The notes beneath the pieces were generated by a model that saw only the letters and a program-made list of their open reading frames with translations, ran no database searches and had not been told where the DNA came from. From NCBI GenBank assembly GCA_963750165.1, contig CAVVPN010000003.1, forward strand, positions 1,184,001-1,248,000: a stretch of 64,000 nt of DNA. Direction: 5' to 3'. Source of the stretch: an uncultured Gemmataceae bacterium. GTDB taxonomy: Bacteria; Planctomycetota; Planctomycetia; Gemmatales; Gemmataceae. Position numbers and translations under genes: made by a program. Positions 30,945-40,641 of this stretch are shown here, in pieces; the first letter of the stretch is position 1, and each line of letters begins with the position of its first letter.

Positions 30945-31958
30945 TCATGATCCGACGCGGCGCAGCGGGGCGGCGGTCGGCACCAGTCGCGCCGGGCTGC
31001 GGAAGTCCGGGTTGGTCAGGCCGTCCACGCCAACCGTGATACCGTGGCGCGACGCCAGCGCCATCAGCGCCGCGTAGCCGTGCTGCCGTCGGCCGCGCGG
31101 CAGGTACTGCGCCGCCGCGATGGCCCCGCCCTGCAACACCGGGCCATCGTCGTACTCGCCAAGGATCCCCTCGTCCAGCCCGGTCGGCTCCAGCGCCTGC
31201 CGCAGGTTCTCCACGATGCGCGGCCGCAGAAACGTGTAGCCCGCCGTCACGTGCCGCACGCCCAGGTCCGCCAGCGCCGCCAGCAGCGGGACCACATTCT
31301 CACGCCGATCGGTCACCCCCGGCAGCAGCGGCGCCAGCGACACGCTCACCGGCACGCCCAGGGACCGCAGCCGCCGCAGTTGCCGCAGCCGCAGGGCCGG
31401 CGGCGCCGTCAACGGCTCCAGCGTCCGCTGCACGGTTCGATCCAGTGTCGTCAGGCTGATCGTCACCCGCACCGCATGGCGGTATTGCGCCAGCCCCTCC
31501 AGCGACGCGGGCCGCAGGACGCCGCGCGTCATCAGCCACGCCTCGACGCCGTGCCGCGCCAGAACGCCGACCACCCGCAGCGTTTCTCGTTGGTACGCTG
31601 CCCACGGGGCGAACGGGTCGCCGGCCGGGCAAACGTAGACCGCCCGCGGCTTGATGGCCCGCTGTCGCAGCTCACGGTCGAGCAGGGCGGCAGTGTTGGC
31701 GGCCAGGGCCACGACCGCATCGCCCTGGTAGCCGGCGTAGGCGCGGGCCGAGCAGAAGCCGCAGCGATAAGCGCAACCAGTACCGAGGTTTAAGGCCAGC
31801 ACGTCCGGGTAGTCCGCCAGGGGACCGGGGTGCAGGACGGCGCCGCGACGGTCGCGCACCTCCAACCGCGGCAGCCGGCCGTACGGGCGTTCGTCCGTTG
31901 GTTGCTCTATTTCGTCGCCGAACAGGGAATTCAGCACGGGAAGTTGGAGGGTTTTCAT
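30945..31958 (-). CDS. Radical SAM protein, spore-photoproduct-lyase/Rv2578c-like
   Basis: GCAYRCGFC CxxxCxxC, GDPF, ISLTTLD...LEP, APLLPGVTD. Confidence 0.85.
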   Translation of the reverse strand: MKTLQLPVLNSLFGDEIEQPTDERPYGRLPRLEVRDRRGAVLHPGPLADYPDVLALNLGTGCAYRCGFCSARAYAGYQGDAVVALAANTAALLDRELRQRAIKPRAVYVCPAGDPFAPWAAYQRETLRVVGVLARHGVEAWLMTRGVLRPASLEGLAQYRHAVRVTISLTTLDRTVQRTLEPLTAPPALRLRQLRRLRSLGVPVSVSLAPLLPGVTDRRENVVPLLAALADLGVRHVTAGYTFLRPRIVENLRQALEPTGLDEGILGEYDDGPVLQGGAIAAAQYLPRGRRQHGYAALMALASRHGITVGVDGLTNPDFRSPARLVPTAAPLRRVGS

Positions 31959-32126
31959 GGTTGTTCAATGGTTGTGGGGATGGTTTGTTGTGATTGTGAG
32001 AATAATGTGGAAATGTTGAAATGCCAGGTTGGTAGGAGCGTTCGGAGGGGGGATAGGGGGATGGCGACCGCAGCCGGGGAAGGTATACTTGCAGTACCCC
32101 AATCCCTCGGGAGGCCTCGTCGAGTC

Positions 32127-32996
32127 ATGGCCAAATCGCCGACCCTGAGCCTGGTAACGCAGCTGCCAGCCCTGCCGCCGCGGCCGCCGGACAGCAACAA
32201 GGGCAACTTCGGACGTGTCCTGGTGCTGGCCGGCAGTCGCGGGATGTCCGGCGCCGCCGTGCTGACCTCCAGCGGCGCCCTTCGTGCCGGCGCGGGCCTG
32301 GTACGCCTGGCGACGCCGGCCGACGTGCTGCCCATCGCCGCGGCCGCCAACCCGTGCTACATGACCGTCCCGTTGCCGCAGGACGACCACGGCCGCTGTG
32401 CCGCCAGCGCTGCCGACCTGTTGCAGCTCGCCGAGGGGCAGAGCGTCCTGGCCATCGGCCCCGGCCTGGGCCGCAGTCCGGCCTTGACGAGTTTGCTGGC
32501 GGAATTGCTGCCACAACTGCGCGTCCCCGTGGTGCTCGACGCGGACGGCCTCAACAATCTCGTGGGTCACCTGGACGTGCTGGGCCGCTGTGCGGTGCCG
32601 CTGGTCCTGACGCCGCACCCCGGCGAGCTGGCCCGGCTGCTGGGCTGCGAGATAGCGGTGGTGCAGGCCCGGCGGGCGGAACTGGCGGCGCAGTTCGCGG
32701 CGCAGCACCGGGTGGTGCTCGTTCTCAAGGGGCACGGTACAGTGGTAGCGGATGGGGCGCAAATGTATGTCAACGCCACGGGCAACCCGGGCATGGCGAC
32801 GGGCGGGAGTGGGGATGTACTGACCGGCGTGGTGGCGGCACTGCTGGCGCAAGGGCTGAAACCATTTGCCGCGGCCCAACTCGGCGTGTATCTTCATGGG
32901 CGGGCGGGCGATTTGGCCCGGGACGAACTGGGCGAGGTCGGCCTGATCGCCACCGATCTGCTCGACTATTTGCCGCAGGCTCTGCGGCGCGGATGA
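32127..32996 (+). CDS. nnrD: ADP-dependent NAD(P)H-hydrate dehydratase
   Basis: NKGNFGRV, GAGLV, DADGLN, LTPHPGE, MATGGSGDVLTG. Confidence 0.93.
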   Translation: MAKSPTLSLVTQLPALPPRPPDSNKGNFGRVLVLAGSRGMSGAAVLTSSGALRAGAGLVRLATPADVLPIAAAANPCYMTVPLPQDDHGRCAASAADLLQLAEGQSVLAIGPGLGRSPALTSLLAELLPQLRVPVVLDADGLNNLVGHLDVLGRCAVPLVLTPHPGELARLLGCEIAVVQARRAELAAQFAAQHRVVLVLKGHGTVVADGAQMYVNATGNPGMATGGSGDVLTGVVAALLAQGLKPFAAAQLGVYLHGRAGDLARDELGEVGLIATDLLDYLPQALRRG

Positions 32997-33056
32997 CAGC
33001 GGTTGGCGTCATGGCCGGCCGTGGATCGACAAGCCCTCAACCGGTGAACCACTGTT

Positions 33057-34046
33057 ATGGAACTGCTCTGTCCGTCCTGTCAACAAAAACTGACCATCCC
33101 CGATCAGTACGCTGGCCAGCTGATGAAGTGTCCGCTGTGCCAGCAGAATTTCCCGGCGCCGGCGCTGCCCACGACGCCTGCGGCCGCCGCGCCGCCACCC
33201 CCGCCGCCGCCGATTCTGATGGAGCCCCTGCCGCCGCCCCCGCCGCCACCTGTCCCCGCCCGGGGCGACGGCTGGCAGCGGGACCGTGAGACCGAGGAAC
33301 ACTTGCCGGCCCTGCAACCGGTCGAGGAGGCGCCGCAGCCGCCGGGCGACTACACCCATTTCTGGAGCGTTTACTTCAGCCCGAAGGTGCTGATGTGGGT
33401 GCCGGCCCCGTTGCTGTTCGTCGTGTTCATCATGACGTTCTTTCCGTGGGTGGGCGTCTACCCTGGCGGGGTCTTCCTCCACAGCCAGAACGCTTACATG
33501 GCGGCCTTCGGCGGTTACTCCACGGACGAGGATCTGAAGGACGGATCGCCCTTCAGGGGTAAACTGGCGACGGAGGAGCCGGGATTCGGCATCGGCGTCT
33601 TTTTCTTCCTGCTGGTGTTTTTCCCCACGCTGCTGCTGGCCATCGCGGCGACAGTCCTGGGGGTGCTCGGCCACCAGGTGCCGCCGTTTTTGCGGATGAT
33701 TCGGCCGTGGCGCTGGGCGCTGGTGGGGGGTCTCTCCTTCGTCGCGCTGTGTTTTTTGTGGCTGCAGGGCCTGATCGGCTTCAGCATTGAGAACCGCACG
33801 CTGGACGCCACCAACAAGAAAGCGAATGAGATGCTCCAGAACCTACCCGAGCAGGCCGACCAGGCGGCCAAAATGCGGAAAGGGATCGCGGTCTTGCGCG
33901 GCGTCGATGCCCAGGCGCTGGTGCGCACCTTCTGGTTCCACGCAGCGGAATGGCTGCTGTTCCTGACGTTCCTGGTGTCGCTGATGCTGTTCTGGATCGA
34001 CTTCCGCGGCAACAAACCGCTGCCGCGCGTGGACATCATCTTCTAA
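33057..34046 (+). CDS. Zinc-ribbon / Pro-rich / membrane protein
   Basis: CPSC...CPLC, poly-Pro, about 4 TMs. Confidence 0.8.
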   Translation: MELLCPSCQQKLTIPDQYAGQLMKCPLCQQNFPAPALPTTPAAAAPPPPPPPILMEPLPPPPPPPVPARGDGWQRDRETEEHLPALQPVEEAPQPPGDYTHFWSVYFSPKVLMWVPAPLLFVVFIMTFFPWVGVYPGGVFLHSQNAYMAAFGGYSTDEDLKDGSPFRGKLATEEPGFGIGVFFFLLVFFPTLLLAIAATVLGVLGHQVPPFLRMIRPWRWALVGGLSFVALCFLWLQGLIGFSIENRTLDATNKKANEMLQNLPEQADQAAKMRKGIAVLRGVDAQALVRTFWFHAAEWLLFLTFLVSLMLFWIDFRGNKPLPRVDIIF

Positions 34047-34055
34047 CGGCGAAAC

Positions 34056-34118
34056 TCAGCTGACCCCGCTTACGTTTCGCGCGCTTCCAGCGCGCGAAAC
34101 GTAAACGAGGTCAGCTGA
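34056..34118. repeat. REP-like palindrome, family D (CCCGTTTACGTTTCGCG)
   Basis: Related copies at 42044-42096 and 55059-55102, all between convergent genes. Confidence 0.85.
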
Positions 34119-34125
34119 CATCCGC

Positions 34126-34944
34126 TCACCACATCGCCGCCTCCTCGCCGTCGAGCCGCAGCGTCAGGCACTTGGCACTGCCGCCCGCCTTGAGGAACTC
34201 ATCCAGTTCCACCGCCAGCGGATCGTAGCCCCATTTCTTCAGGCCGCGCATCAACTCCTCGCAGCCGCTGTTGACCACGACCGATTTGCCCACCACCACC
34301 GCGTTGCACCCGAAGCGTTCCGCCTCGTCCTTGCGCACCGCCAGCAGCCTCGGGATGTGCGCCTGCAGCACGCGGTTGCCATACTCGTCGAACGCCGCCG
34401 GGTAGTAGATCGCCTCGCCCTCACGCAGCGGACAGAAGCAGGTGTCCAGGTGGTAGAAGGACGGGTTGACCAGCTCCAGCGGCAGCACCTGGCGCTGCAG
34501 GGCCTTGCCCAGCCACTGATGGCCGTGAACGTCGCTGCGGATGCGGTAGCCGGCGAACAACGTCGTGCCGCAGAACAGCGCGTCGCCGGCCCCCTCGAAG
34601 TACATGTCCGCCGGCAGCCGCATCACCTCAAAGCCGTGCGCCGCGAACCAGGCGTCGAAGTGCGGCGACTCGCGGGCGCGGACCTCGTGGCGGAAGCGCG
34701 AACTGAAGAACTTTTTGGCGAAGATCAGCCCGGCGTTGGCGGTGAACACCAGGTCCGGCAGGCCCGGTTGCGGCGTCATCAGCTCGATCTGCACGTCCAG
34801 TTCCAGCAGCGTCTCGTGCAGCTTGCGCCACTGCTCGTGGGCGCGAACCGGGCTGCTGCCGCGCTCCCGGCTCATCCACGGGTTGATCTCGTACTCGATG
34901 CCGTAGTGGTCGGGCGGGCACATCAAAATCCGGGGCTGACGCAT
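34126..34944 (-). CDS. Amidinotransferase/DDAH-family protein (arginine dihydrolase-like)
   Basis: YEINPWM, PDLVFTANAG, FEGAGD, FYHLDTCFCPL, KAGGSAKCLTL. Confidence 0.92.
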   Translation of the reverse strand: MRQPRILMCPPDHYGIEYEINPWMSRERGSSPVRAHEQWRKLHETLLELDVQIELMTPQPGLPDLVFTANAGLIFAKKFFSSRFRHEVRARESPHFDAWFAAHGFEVMRLPADMYFEGAGDALFCGTTLFAGYRIRSDVHGHQWLGKALQRQVLPLELVNPSFYHLDTCFCPLREGEAIYYPAAFDEYGNRVLQAHIPRLLAVRKDEAERFGCNAVVVGKSVVVNSGCEELMRGLKKWGYDPLAVELDEFLKAGGSAKCLTLRLDGEEAAMW

Positions 34945-34946
34945 GG

Positions 34947-36175
34947 CTATACCCCCAGTTCGTGCAGCAGGCGCGCAGGAACGGTTCCGCGTCCGTGACC
35001 ATGCCGACGGTCTGGACGCTGCCGCGCTCGTTCAGGCGCGTCACCGGCGCCGGGTTGATGTCCACGACCGCCACCTTGACCCACGCCGGCAGCAGCATGG
35101 CCGTCGCCAGCGAGTGCAGCGTCGTGGCGATCATCAGCGCGAAGCCGACGCCGTGGATCAGCTCGCGCATCTGCTGCAGGGCCGCCTGCATGCCGGTGAC
35201 AACCTCCGGTAGCGGCCCGTCGTCGCGGATGCTGCCGGCCAGGACGAACGGCAGCTGATGGCGGACGCACTCATACATGATACCACTTTTCAGCAGCCCC
35301 TGATCCACCGCGGCCCGGATGCCGCCGGCGCGGCGCATGGCGTTGATGGCGCGCAGGTGGTGTTCGTGGCCCTCCTCGGTCGGCAGGCCGTGCTCCAGCG
35401 ACACGCCCAAACTGGTGCCGTACAGCGCCTGCTCGATGTCGTGCGTCGCCAGGGCATTGCCAGCGAACAGTACGTTCAGATAGCCCTGGCGGATCAGCCG
35501 ACCGATGAACTCGACGCTGCCGGTGTGGACGACGGCGGGACCGAGCACCGCCAGGATCTTCTCGCCAGCGGCCCTGGCGCGGCGCATGGCCCCGGCGATT
35601 TCGCGGACGGTGACGCCCTTGGGCTTTTCGCTGGAAACGGGGCTGGCCATGAACTCGAACAGGTTCTGCCGGGCGGTGGCCGCATCGGAGAAGACACGCA
35701 GGCCCTGCCGGCCGACGACGATGCGGTCGCCCTTGCGAGCGTGGATCATCGGCAGGCAGCGGGCGGCGGCGCCCTCCGGGTCGAGGACAATGCCGCAGTC
35801 CTGCTCCTGGTCCTCCACGTCCACCCAGTCGCCGCGGAGCCGGACCTGCGTGCGCAGGTTCGTGGTGGCGTAGAAGTCCTCGGGAAAGGCCCCATCCAGA
35901 TCGGCGGCAACGGCGACGCAATCGTGGGCGGCGGTGGGCGTGGCACCGTGGTCGTGGATGGCGGCGAGGATGTCGCGCAGGACGGCGGCGCTGGGCGCGT
36001 GGACCTCGATGCGGGCCCGGCTGGTATCGCGGGGCCGCCGGCCGACGTCGATGTGCTTGAGCGTGTAGGTGCCGCCGCGTGTCAGAATCTCGTCGAGCAC
36101 CTTGGGCAGCAGCAGCGAGTCGATGATGTGACCTTCCAGGTTCACTTCTTCAACAAAGCCGGGAGAAACTGTCAT
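34947..36175 (-). CDS. TIGR00300-family (LOR/SDH-type) ornithine cyclodeaminase-like protein (frameshift near 34971)
   Basis: LEGHIIDS, FYATTN, FEFMAS, LFAGNALATHDIE, LAGSIRDDGPLP; corrected end FLRALLHELGV*. Confidence 0.88.
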
Positions 36176-36200
36176 GTGAAAGACCTCAGGATGAATGAAT

Positions 36201-36324
36201 TAGAGCGGTTCACAGCCGCGTGGATCACGCCCCGTAGGACGGCTCTCCAGAGCCGTCTCCGAGACAAGGACGGCTCTGGAGAGCCGTCCCACAGGCTGTG
36301 CGCAAACCAAGTGTGAACCGCTCT
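36201..36324. mobile_element. MITE-like element with 13-bp TIRs carrying a REP doublet
   Basis: AGAGCGGTTCACA(36202)...TGTGAACCGCTCT(36324); inner GTAGGACGGCTCTCCAGAGCCGTC pair at 36234-36292. Confidence 0.75.
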
Positions 36325-36325
36325 C

Positions 36326-36428
36326 GCCACAGAGGACACAGAGAGAAAACCAGAGAAAAAGTGTTCTGGCCTCCCGGTCGGTTGCTGAATTTGATTTCTC
36401 CCTCTGTGTTCTCTGTGTCCTCTGTGGC
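36326..36428. repeat. Inverted repeat of 9-mer-periodic CACAGAG units
   Basis: GCCACAGAGGACACAGAGA...TCTCTGTGTCCTCTGTGGC. Confidence 0.8.
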
Positions 36429-36436
36429 TAAATTCC

Positions 36437-37159
36437 TCACTCTTTCTTGTGCTTGCTGCTCTCCGGCTTGGCCAGGCCGCCTGTGCGCAGCACCTCGGCC
36501 AGCTGCGACTTGGCCGTCTCGGGCAGCGAACTCTCGTGGATGGTCCGCACCGTTTGCTCGACCGCGTACTCGACGCGCTTCAACTCGACCCGGTTGTCGT
36601 CGATGACCGCATAGGATGCCCGCGGGTCGCCGTCACGCGGTTGGCCGACGCTGCCGGGGTTGACGACCAGCTTGTCGCCGACCTCCAGCACGTAGGGGTG
36701 GTGCGTGTGGCCGACGCAGACGACGTTGGCCTCGATCTTCTGCAACCGCCGCGTCCAGAACTCCTTGTCCGCGACACCGTACTCGTCCAGCGGGTCACGC
36801 GGCGTTGCGTGGACCAGCAGGAAGCGCGTCTCGTTCAGCGTGACCATGCGCGACAGGGGCAGCAAACTCAGGTATCGGCGGTCCTCCGTGGACAGGCGCT
36901 CCTGCGTCAGCGGGCGGGTGACGCTGGTCAGGTACTTGAAGCCGCTGCGGCCGGTGACGGTGACGTACTGGGCGACGCCGTGGTCGTGGTTGCCGCGCAC
37001 CGCGTAATGGGCGTGCGTCCGCACCCAGTGGATGCACGGCACCGGCTCCAGGCCGTAGTCCACCAGGTCGCCCAGGAACAGGCAGACATCGTGCGGTTCC
37101 TGGATCGCCTGCAGCGCGGCCCAGTTGGCGTGGATGTCGGCCAGTACCAGGATGCGCAT
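36437..37159 (-). CDS. Metallophosphoesterase (calcineurin-like, YfcE family)
   Basis: ADIHAN, LGDLVDYG, RGNHD, GHTH, NPGSVGQPRDGD. Confidence 0.93.
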   Translation of the reverse strand: MRILVLADIHANWAALQAIQEPHDVCLFLGDLVDYGLEPVPCIHWVRTHAHYAVRGNHDHGVAQYVTVTGRSGFKYLTSVTRPLTQERLSTEDRRYLSLLPLSRMVTLNETRFLLVHATPRDPLDEYGVADKEFWTRRLQKIEANVVCVGHTHHPYVLEVGDKLVVNPGSVGQPRDGDPRASYAVIDDNRVELKRVEYAVEQTVRTIHESSLPETAKSQLAEVLRTGGLAKPESSKHKKE

Positions 37160-37394
37160 GCGCAGGCCCTTTGCCAAAAAAATGTCGAGATCGCTTGACG
37201 CGCACAACCCCCAGGGATTATAGTACAGGGAAAGCTCCCACAACCAGTAGCGAACGCACCCTGGAAGGAAGCCCGGAGTGACAAACGGGGTTGCCTGCCT
37301 GGCGCCACCGGCGCACCAGCCCCACGCTTTCCGAACCCCCGCCGCGACCGGCGCCAGCCGCCCGTCGTCGGCCGCTTCCCCGAAGGACGGTGCC

Positions 37395-37694
37395 ATGGCT
37401 GAACGATCTGTACGTCGCATGACCCTGCGACAGCTGCTGACCCACGCGGAAAAGCTCACGCGCGACATGATCGAGCACGTGCAGAACACACTGCTGACGC
37501 AGGCGTCGGAGTACCGCGACCTGACCCGGCCCGTGCGCCGCAAGAGCCACTACCCGAAGTTCATCGCCGTGCAGAACACCCTGCGCAAGCTGCTGACGGC
37601 CGCCGAGGAGGCCAACGTAATGGCGGACCTGATTCGCGAGGAACTGCAGGAGATCCGCGAACACTCCCGCCGCGAGCGCATCAACCGGATGTAA
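37395..37694 (+). CDS. Small helical hypothetical protein
   Basis: AAGGA RBS, GC3-rich codon usage, 99 aa. Confidence 0.75.
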   Translation: MAERSVRRMTLRQLLTHAEKLTRDMIEHVQNTLLTQASEYRDLTRPVRRKSHYPKFIAVQNTLRKLLTAAEEANVMADLIREELQEIREHSRRERINRM

Positions 37695-37701
37695 TGTCCC
37701 C

Positions 37702-37769
37702 GGCGAGCGGCGCGGCGTCAGGCCGCCGTGTCTGGCGTTCCACGGCGGTCTGACGCCGCGCCGCTCGCC
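37702..37769. repeat. REP-like palindrome, family E (GGCGAGCGGCGCGGCGTCAG)
   Basis: Long inverted repeat; 22-bp half copy at 17885-17906; related palindrome at 38945-39012. Confidence 0.8.
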
Positions 37770-37777
37770 AATCAAGG

Positions 37778-38935
37778 ATGATCGGAGCGAAGCGCATGGA
37801 TGCGTTCCCCCCCCGTGTTCACCTCGTCCACGACTGGCTGACCGGCATGCGCGGCGGCGAAAAGTGCCTGGAGGCGCTGTGCCGTCACTGGCCGCACGCC
37901 CGCCTGTACACGCTGCTGCACCAGCCCGGCAGCGTCAGCGAGCCCATCGAACAACTGCGGCCGCGCACCAGCTTCCTGCAGCGCCTGCCCGGCGTCCACC
38001 GCTACTACCGCTATCTGCTGCCGCTGCTGCCGCTGGCCGCGCGCTGGCGGTTGCCGCCCGCGGACCTCGTGGTCAGCTTCAGCCACTGCGTCGCCAAGGC
38101 CGCGCTGCCGCCGCCCGGCACGCCGCATGTCTGCTACTGCTTCACACCCATGCGCTACGCCTGGCACCTGCGCGAGTCCTACTTCGGCCGCGGCCTCAAG
38201 GGTCGGTTGCTCGACCAGGTGCTGCGCCGCCTGCGCGACTGGGACCGCCGTACCGCCGGCCGCGTCACGCACTTCCTGGCCATCAGCCGGGCCGTGCAGC
38301 GCCGCATCCGCGAATGCTACGACCGCGACAGCACTGTCCTGTACCCGCCGGTGGACACCGATTTCTACACCCCCGCCGCGGTGCCGCGCGAGCCGTATTA
38401 TCTCGTGGTCTCGGCGCTGGCGCCGTACAAGCGCTTCGACCTGGCGCTGGCGGCGTGCCGGCGACTGCGGCGGCGGCTGGTGGTCATCGGCAGCGGCCAG
38501 GACGAGCCGCGCCTGCGGGCGCTGGCGGGACCGGAGACGCACTTCCTCGGCTGGCAGCCCGATGCGGTCATCCGCGACCACCTGCGCCGCTGCCGGGCCC
38601 TGCTGTTTCCGGGGGAGGAGGATTTCGGCATCGTGCCGCTGGAGGCGCAGGCGTGCGGTACGCCGGTCGTGGCGCTGGCGCGCGGCGGAGCCACGGAAAC
38701 GGTGCTGCCGCTGGGCGGCGACCGGCCGCCGACGGGTGTGTGGTTCGCGGAGCAGTCCGCCGAGGCGCTGGCGGCAGCAGTCGAGCGCTTCGAGGCCCAC
38801 GCCGACGCATTTGCGCCCGCGGTCGCGCGGCGGCAGGCATTGCGTTTCCACCAGTGGCGGTTCACGACGGAGTTGGTGGCGTATCTGGAAGGGGTGCTGC
38901 GCGGCACGGCGGAGGCGCTGCCGCGGGCGGCGTGA
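37778..38935 (+). CDS. Glycosyltransferase family 4
   Basis: HDWLTGMRGGEK, YKRFDLA, EDFGIVPLEAQACGTPV. Confidence 0.93.
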   Translation: MIGAKRMDAFPPRVHLVHDWLTGMRGGEKCLEALCRHWPHARLYTLLHQPGSVSEPIEQLRPRTSFLQRLPGVHRYYRYLLPLLPLAARWRLPPADLVVSFSHCVAKAALPPPGTPHVCYCFTPMRYAWHLRESYFGRGLKGRLLDQVLRRLRDWDRRTAGRVTHFLAISRAVQRRIRECYDRDSTVLYPPVDTDFYTPAAVPREPYYLVVSALAPYKRFDLALAACRRLRRRLVVIGSGQDEPRLRALAGPETHFLGWQPDAVIRDHLRRCRALLFPGEEDFGIVPLEAQACGTPVVALARGGATETVLPLGGDRPPTGVWFAEQSAEALAAAVERFEAHADAFAPAVARRQALRFHQWRFTTELVAYLEGVLRGTAEALPRAA

Positions 38936-38944
38936 ACAGGCAAA

Positions 38945-39012
38945 GGCGAGCCGGGAACGTCAGCGACCGGAGGAAACAGAGTCCCTCCGGTCGCTGACGT
39001 TCCCGGCTCGCC
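38945..39012. repeat. REP-like palindrome (GGCGAGCCGGGAACGTCAGCGACCGGAGG)
   Basis: 29-bp perfect inverted repeat between convergent genes. Confidence 0.85.
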
Positions 39013-39042
39013 GGGGTGTTTCAGTCGGTCATGTCTGTGTGC

Positions 39043-40242
39043 TCACTTCACGGGCGGCATCGGCGGCCCACCAACGCCAGCGCCGTAGGAGCCGCACGGC
39101 GTATACACCGGCACGCACACCGTCGTCGGATAGGGCACCGTCACGCAGTAGGTCTCCTGGTAGGTGACGACCTCCGGCACCTGGTAGCACTCCAGCCGCC
39201 TGGCAACGCCTTCCACCACCTTGGGCTTGTAACTGCACACGTTGACGGTGATGTCCTTGACCACCGGCACGGTTTCGCAGACCATCCGCGTGCCTTCCAC
39301 CACCCTGGGCTTGTAGCTGCACACGTTGACGGTAACGTCCCTGACCACCGGCACCATCTCGCAGACCATCCGCGTGCCTTCCACCACCCTGGGCTTGTAG
39401 CTGCACACGTTGACGGTAACGTCCCTGACCACCGGCACCATCTCGCAGACCATCCGCGTGCCTTCCACCACCCTGGGCTTGTAGCTGCACACATTGACGG
39501 TAACGTCCCTGACCACCGGCACCATCTTCATCACGGTGCAGGTGACCGGGACGACCGTGGTCTGCGGGACGCACACCATGCGCACGCAGCCCGTGCAGGG
39601 ATCGACGACCGGACAGGACACCATGCGGCAGACCGTCACGTTCGTGGTGATCGTGCTTGGGACGCAGGTGTTGATCGTGATCTTCTGCGTGGTCGGAGTG
39701 ATGATCTGTTCCTGGATGGTGTAGGTGAACGGCACCGGCTTGGTGACCATCTGGTAGGTGGTCACTTTCTGCGGGGTCGGGGTGATGATCTGTTCCTGGA
39801 TGGTGTAGGTGAACGGCACCGGCTTGGTGACCATCTGATAGCTGGTCACCTTCTGCGTGGTCGGGGTGACGATCTGTTCGTAGACGGTGTAGTTGAACGG
39901 CACCGGCTTGGTGATCATCTGGTAGGTGGTCACCTTCTGCGGGGTCGGGGTGATGACCTGCTCGTAGACGGTGTACTTGTAGGGCACTTCGACTTCCTTG
40001 GTGTGCGTCCGCATCACGGTCACCTTGACCGGGCGCGTACGCACCTCCTGGCGGTAGGCCGTCACCTGCTGCTGGACGTAGGAAACGGTCATGCCGCACG
40101 GGGCTGCGCAGCCGACGCTGCCGACGCTGACGTAACCGCAGCCACTATTGCGCCGCCACCCGTGCGCGTCGCTGGTCGAAACGCAGGCGGCCACCACCAC
40201 GGCCGCCAGCAGCACCTTCGCCCAAATCCGCATGAGATGCAC
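39043..40242 (-). CDS. Secreted YTV-like Cys/Val/Thr/Pro repeat protein
   Basis: Signal peptide; two blocks of 28-aa (84-bp) tandem repeats; YTV motifs. Confidence 0.85.
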   Translation of the reverse strand: MHLMRIWAKVLLAAVVVAACVSTSDAHGWRRNSGCGYVSVGSVGCAAPCGMTVSYVQQQVTAYRQEVRTRPVKVTVMRTHTKEVEVPYKYTVYEQVITPTPQKVTTYQMITKPVPFNYTVYEQIVTPTTQKVTSYQMVTKPVPFTYTIQEQIITPTPQKVTTYQMVTKPVPFTYTIQEQIITPTTQKITINTCVPSTITTNVTVCRMVSCPVVDPCTGCVRMVCVPQTTVVPVTCTVMKMVPVVRDVTVNVCSYKPRVVEGTRMVCEMVPVVRDVTVNVCSYKPRVVEGTRMVCEMVPVVRDVTVNVCSYKPRVVEGTRMVCETVPVVKDITVNVCSYKPKVVEGVARRLECYQVPEVVTYQETYCVTVPYPTTVCVPVYTPCGSYGAGVGGPPMPPVK

Positions 40243-40615
40243 CTCCCTAAGTTGCGACCCACTGCCTCACCAGTCCCAGGACGGGAAACCACTCAGGTGT
40301 GCAGTATGTTTGTCTGGGTGAAAAACCCCTGTTTTGAGAAAATAAGAAACCTTGAGAGTTTAGGCAAGATGGAAGCTTAGCTTGCCATATTTTTTCGGTA
40401 TTGACAAGTGCAAATGTGCCGATTGTGCCGGTTTTTTCCGGGAGTCGGCCGTCGCCGTCGTCGCGCAATCTTTTTCCCAAAAGTGATCGCTTGCTGAATC
40501 GCAAATCGTGATAACGTCAGCGTTCGGCGCGCACCGAGGACACCTGGTGTCGCGGCCGCGCCAGATAATTTGCTGGCCTTCTCCACCTTCTCTACGTTAA
40601 AGTGCAAGAAGCTGA

Positions 40616-40631
40616 TGCAACCTGCATGCCG
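40616..40631 (-). promoter_or_regulatory. Putative sigma54 -24/-12 promoter facing the YTV-like gene
   Basis: CGGCATGCAGGTTGCA on the minus strand, GG-N10-GC spacing. Confidence 0.4.
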
Positions 40632-40641
40632 AGGATGAAAC

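Noticed and set aside
31959..32030. LexA box upstream of the SPL-like radical SAM gene
   Set aside because: AT-rich with short direct repeats, but no palindrome I can assign
34628..36175. Long overlap or fusion of the TIGR00300 gene with the amidinotransferase
   Set aside because: Artefact of a 1-nt loss near 34971; the corrected stop is at 34947
39193..40002. 84-bp tandem repeats as CRISPR or DGR template/variable repeats
   Set aside because: In-frame coding repeats with no unique spacers; no reverse transcriptase; no adenine-specific differences
40243..40640. Riboswitch or ncRNA in the AT-rich intergenic region
   Set aside because: No recognisable conserved motif; an Rfam scan would be needed
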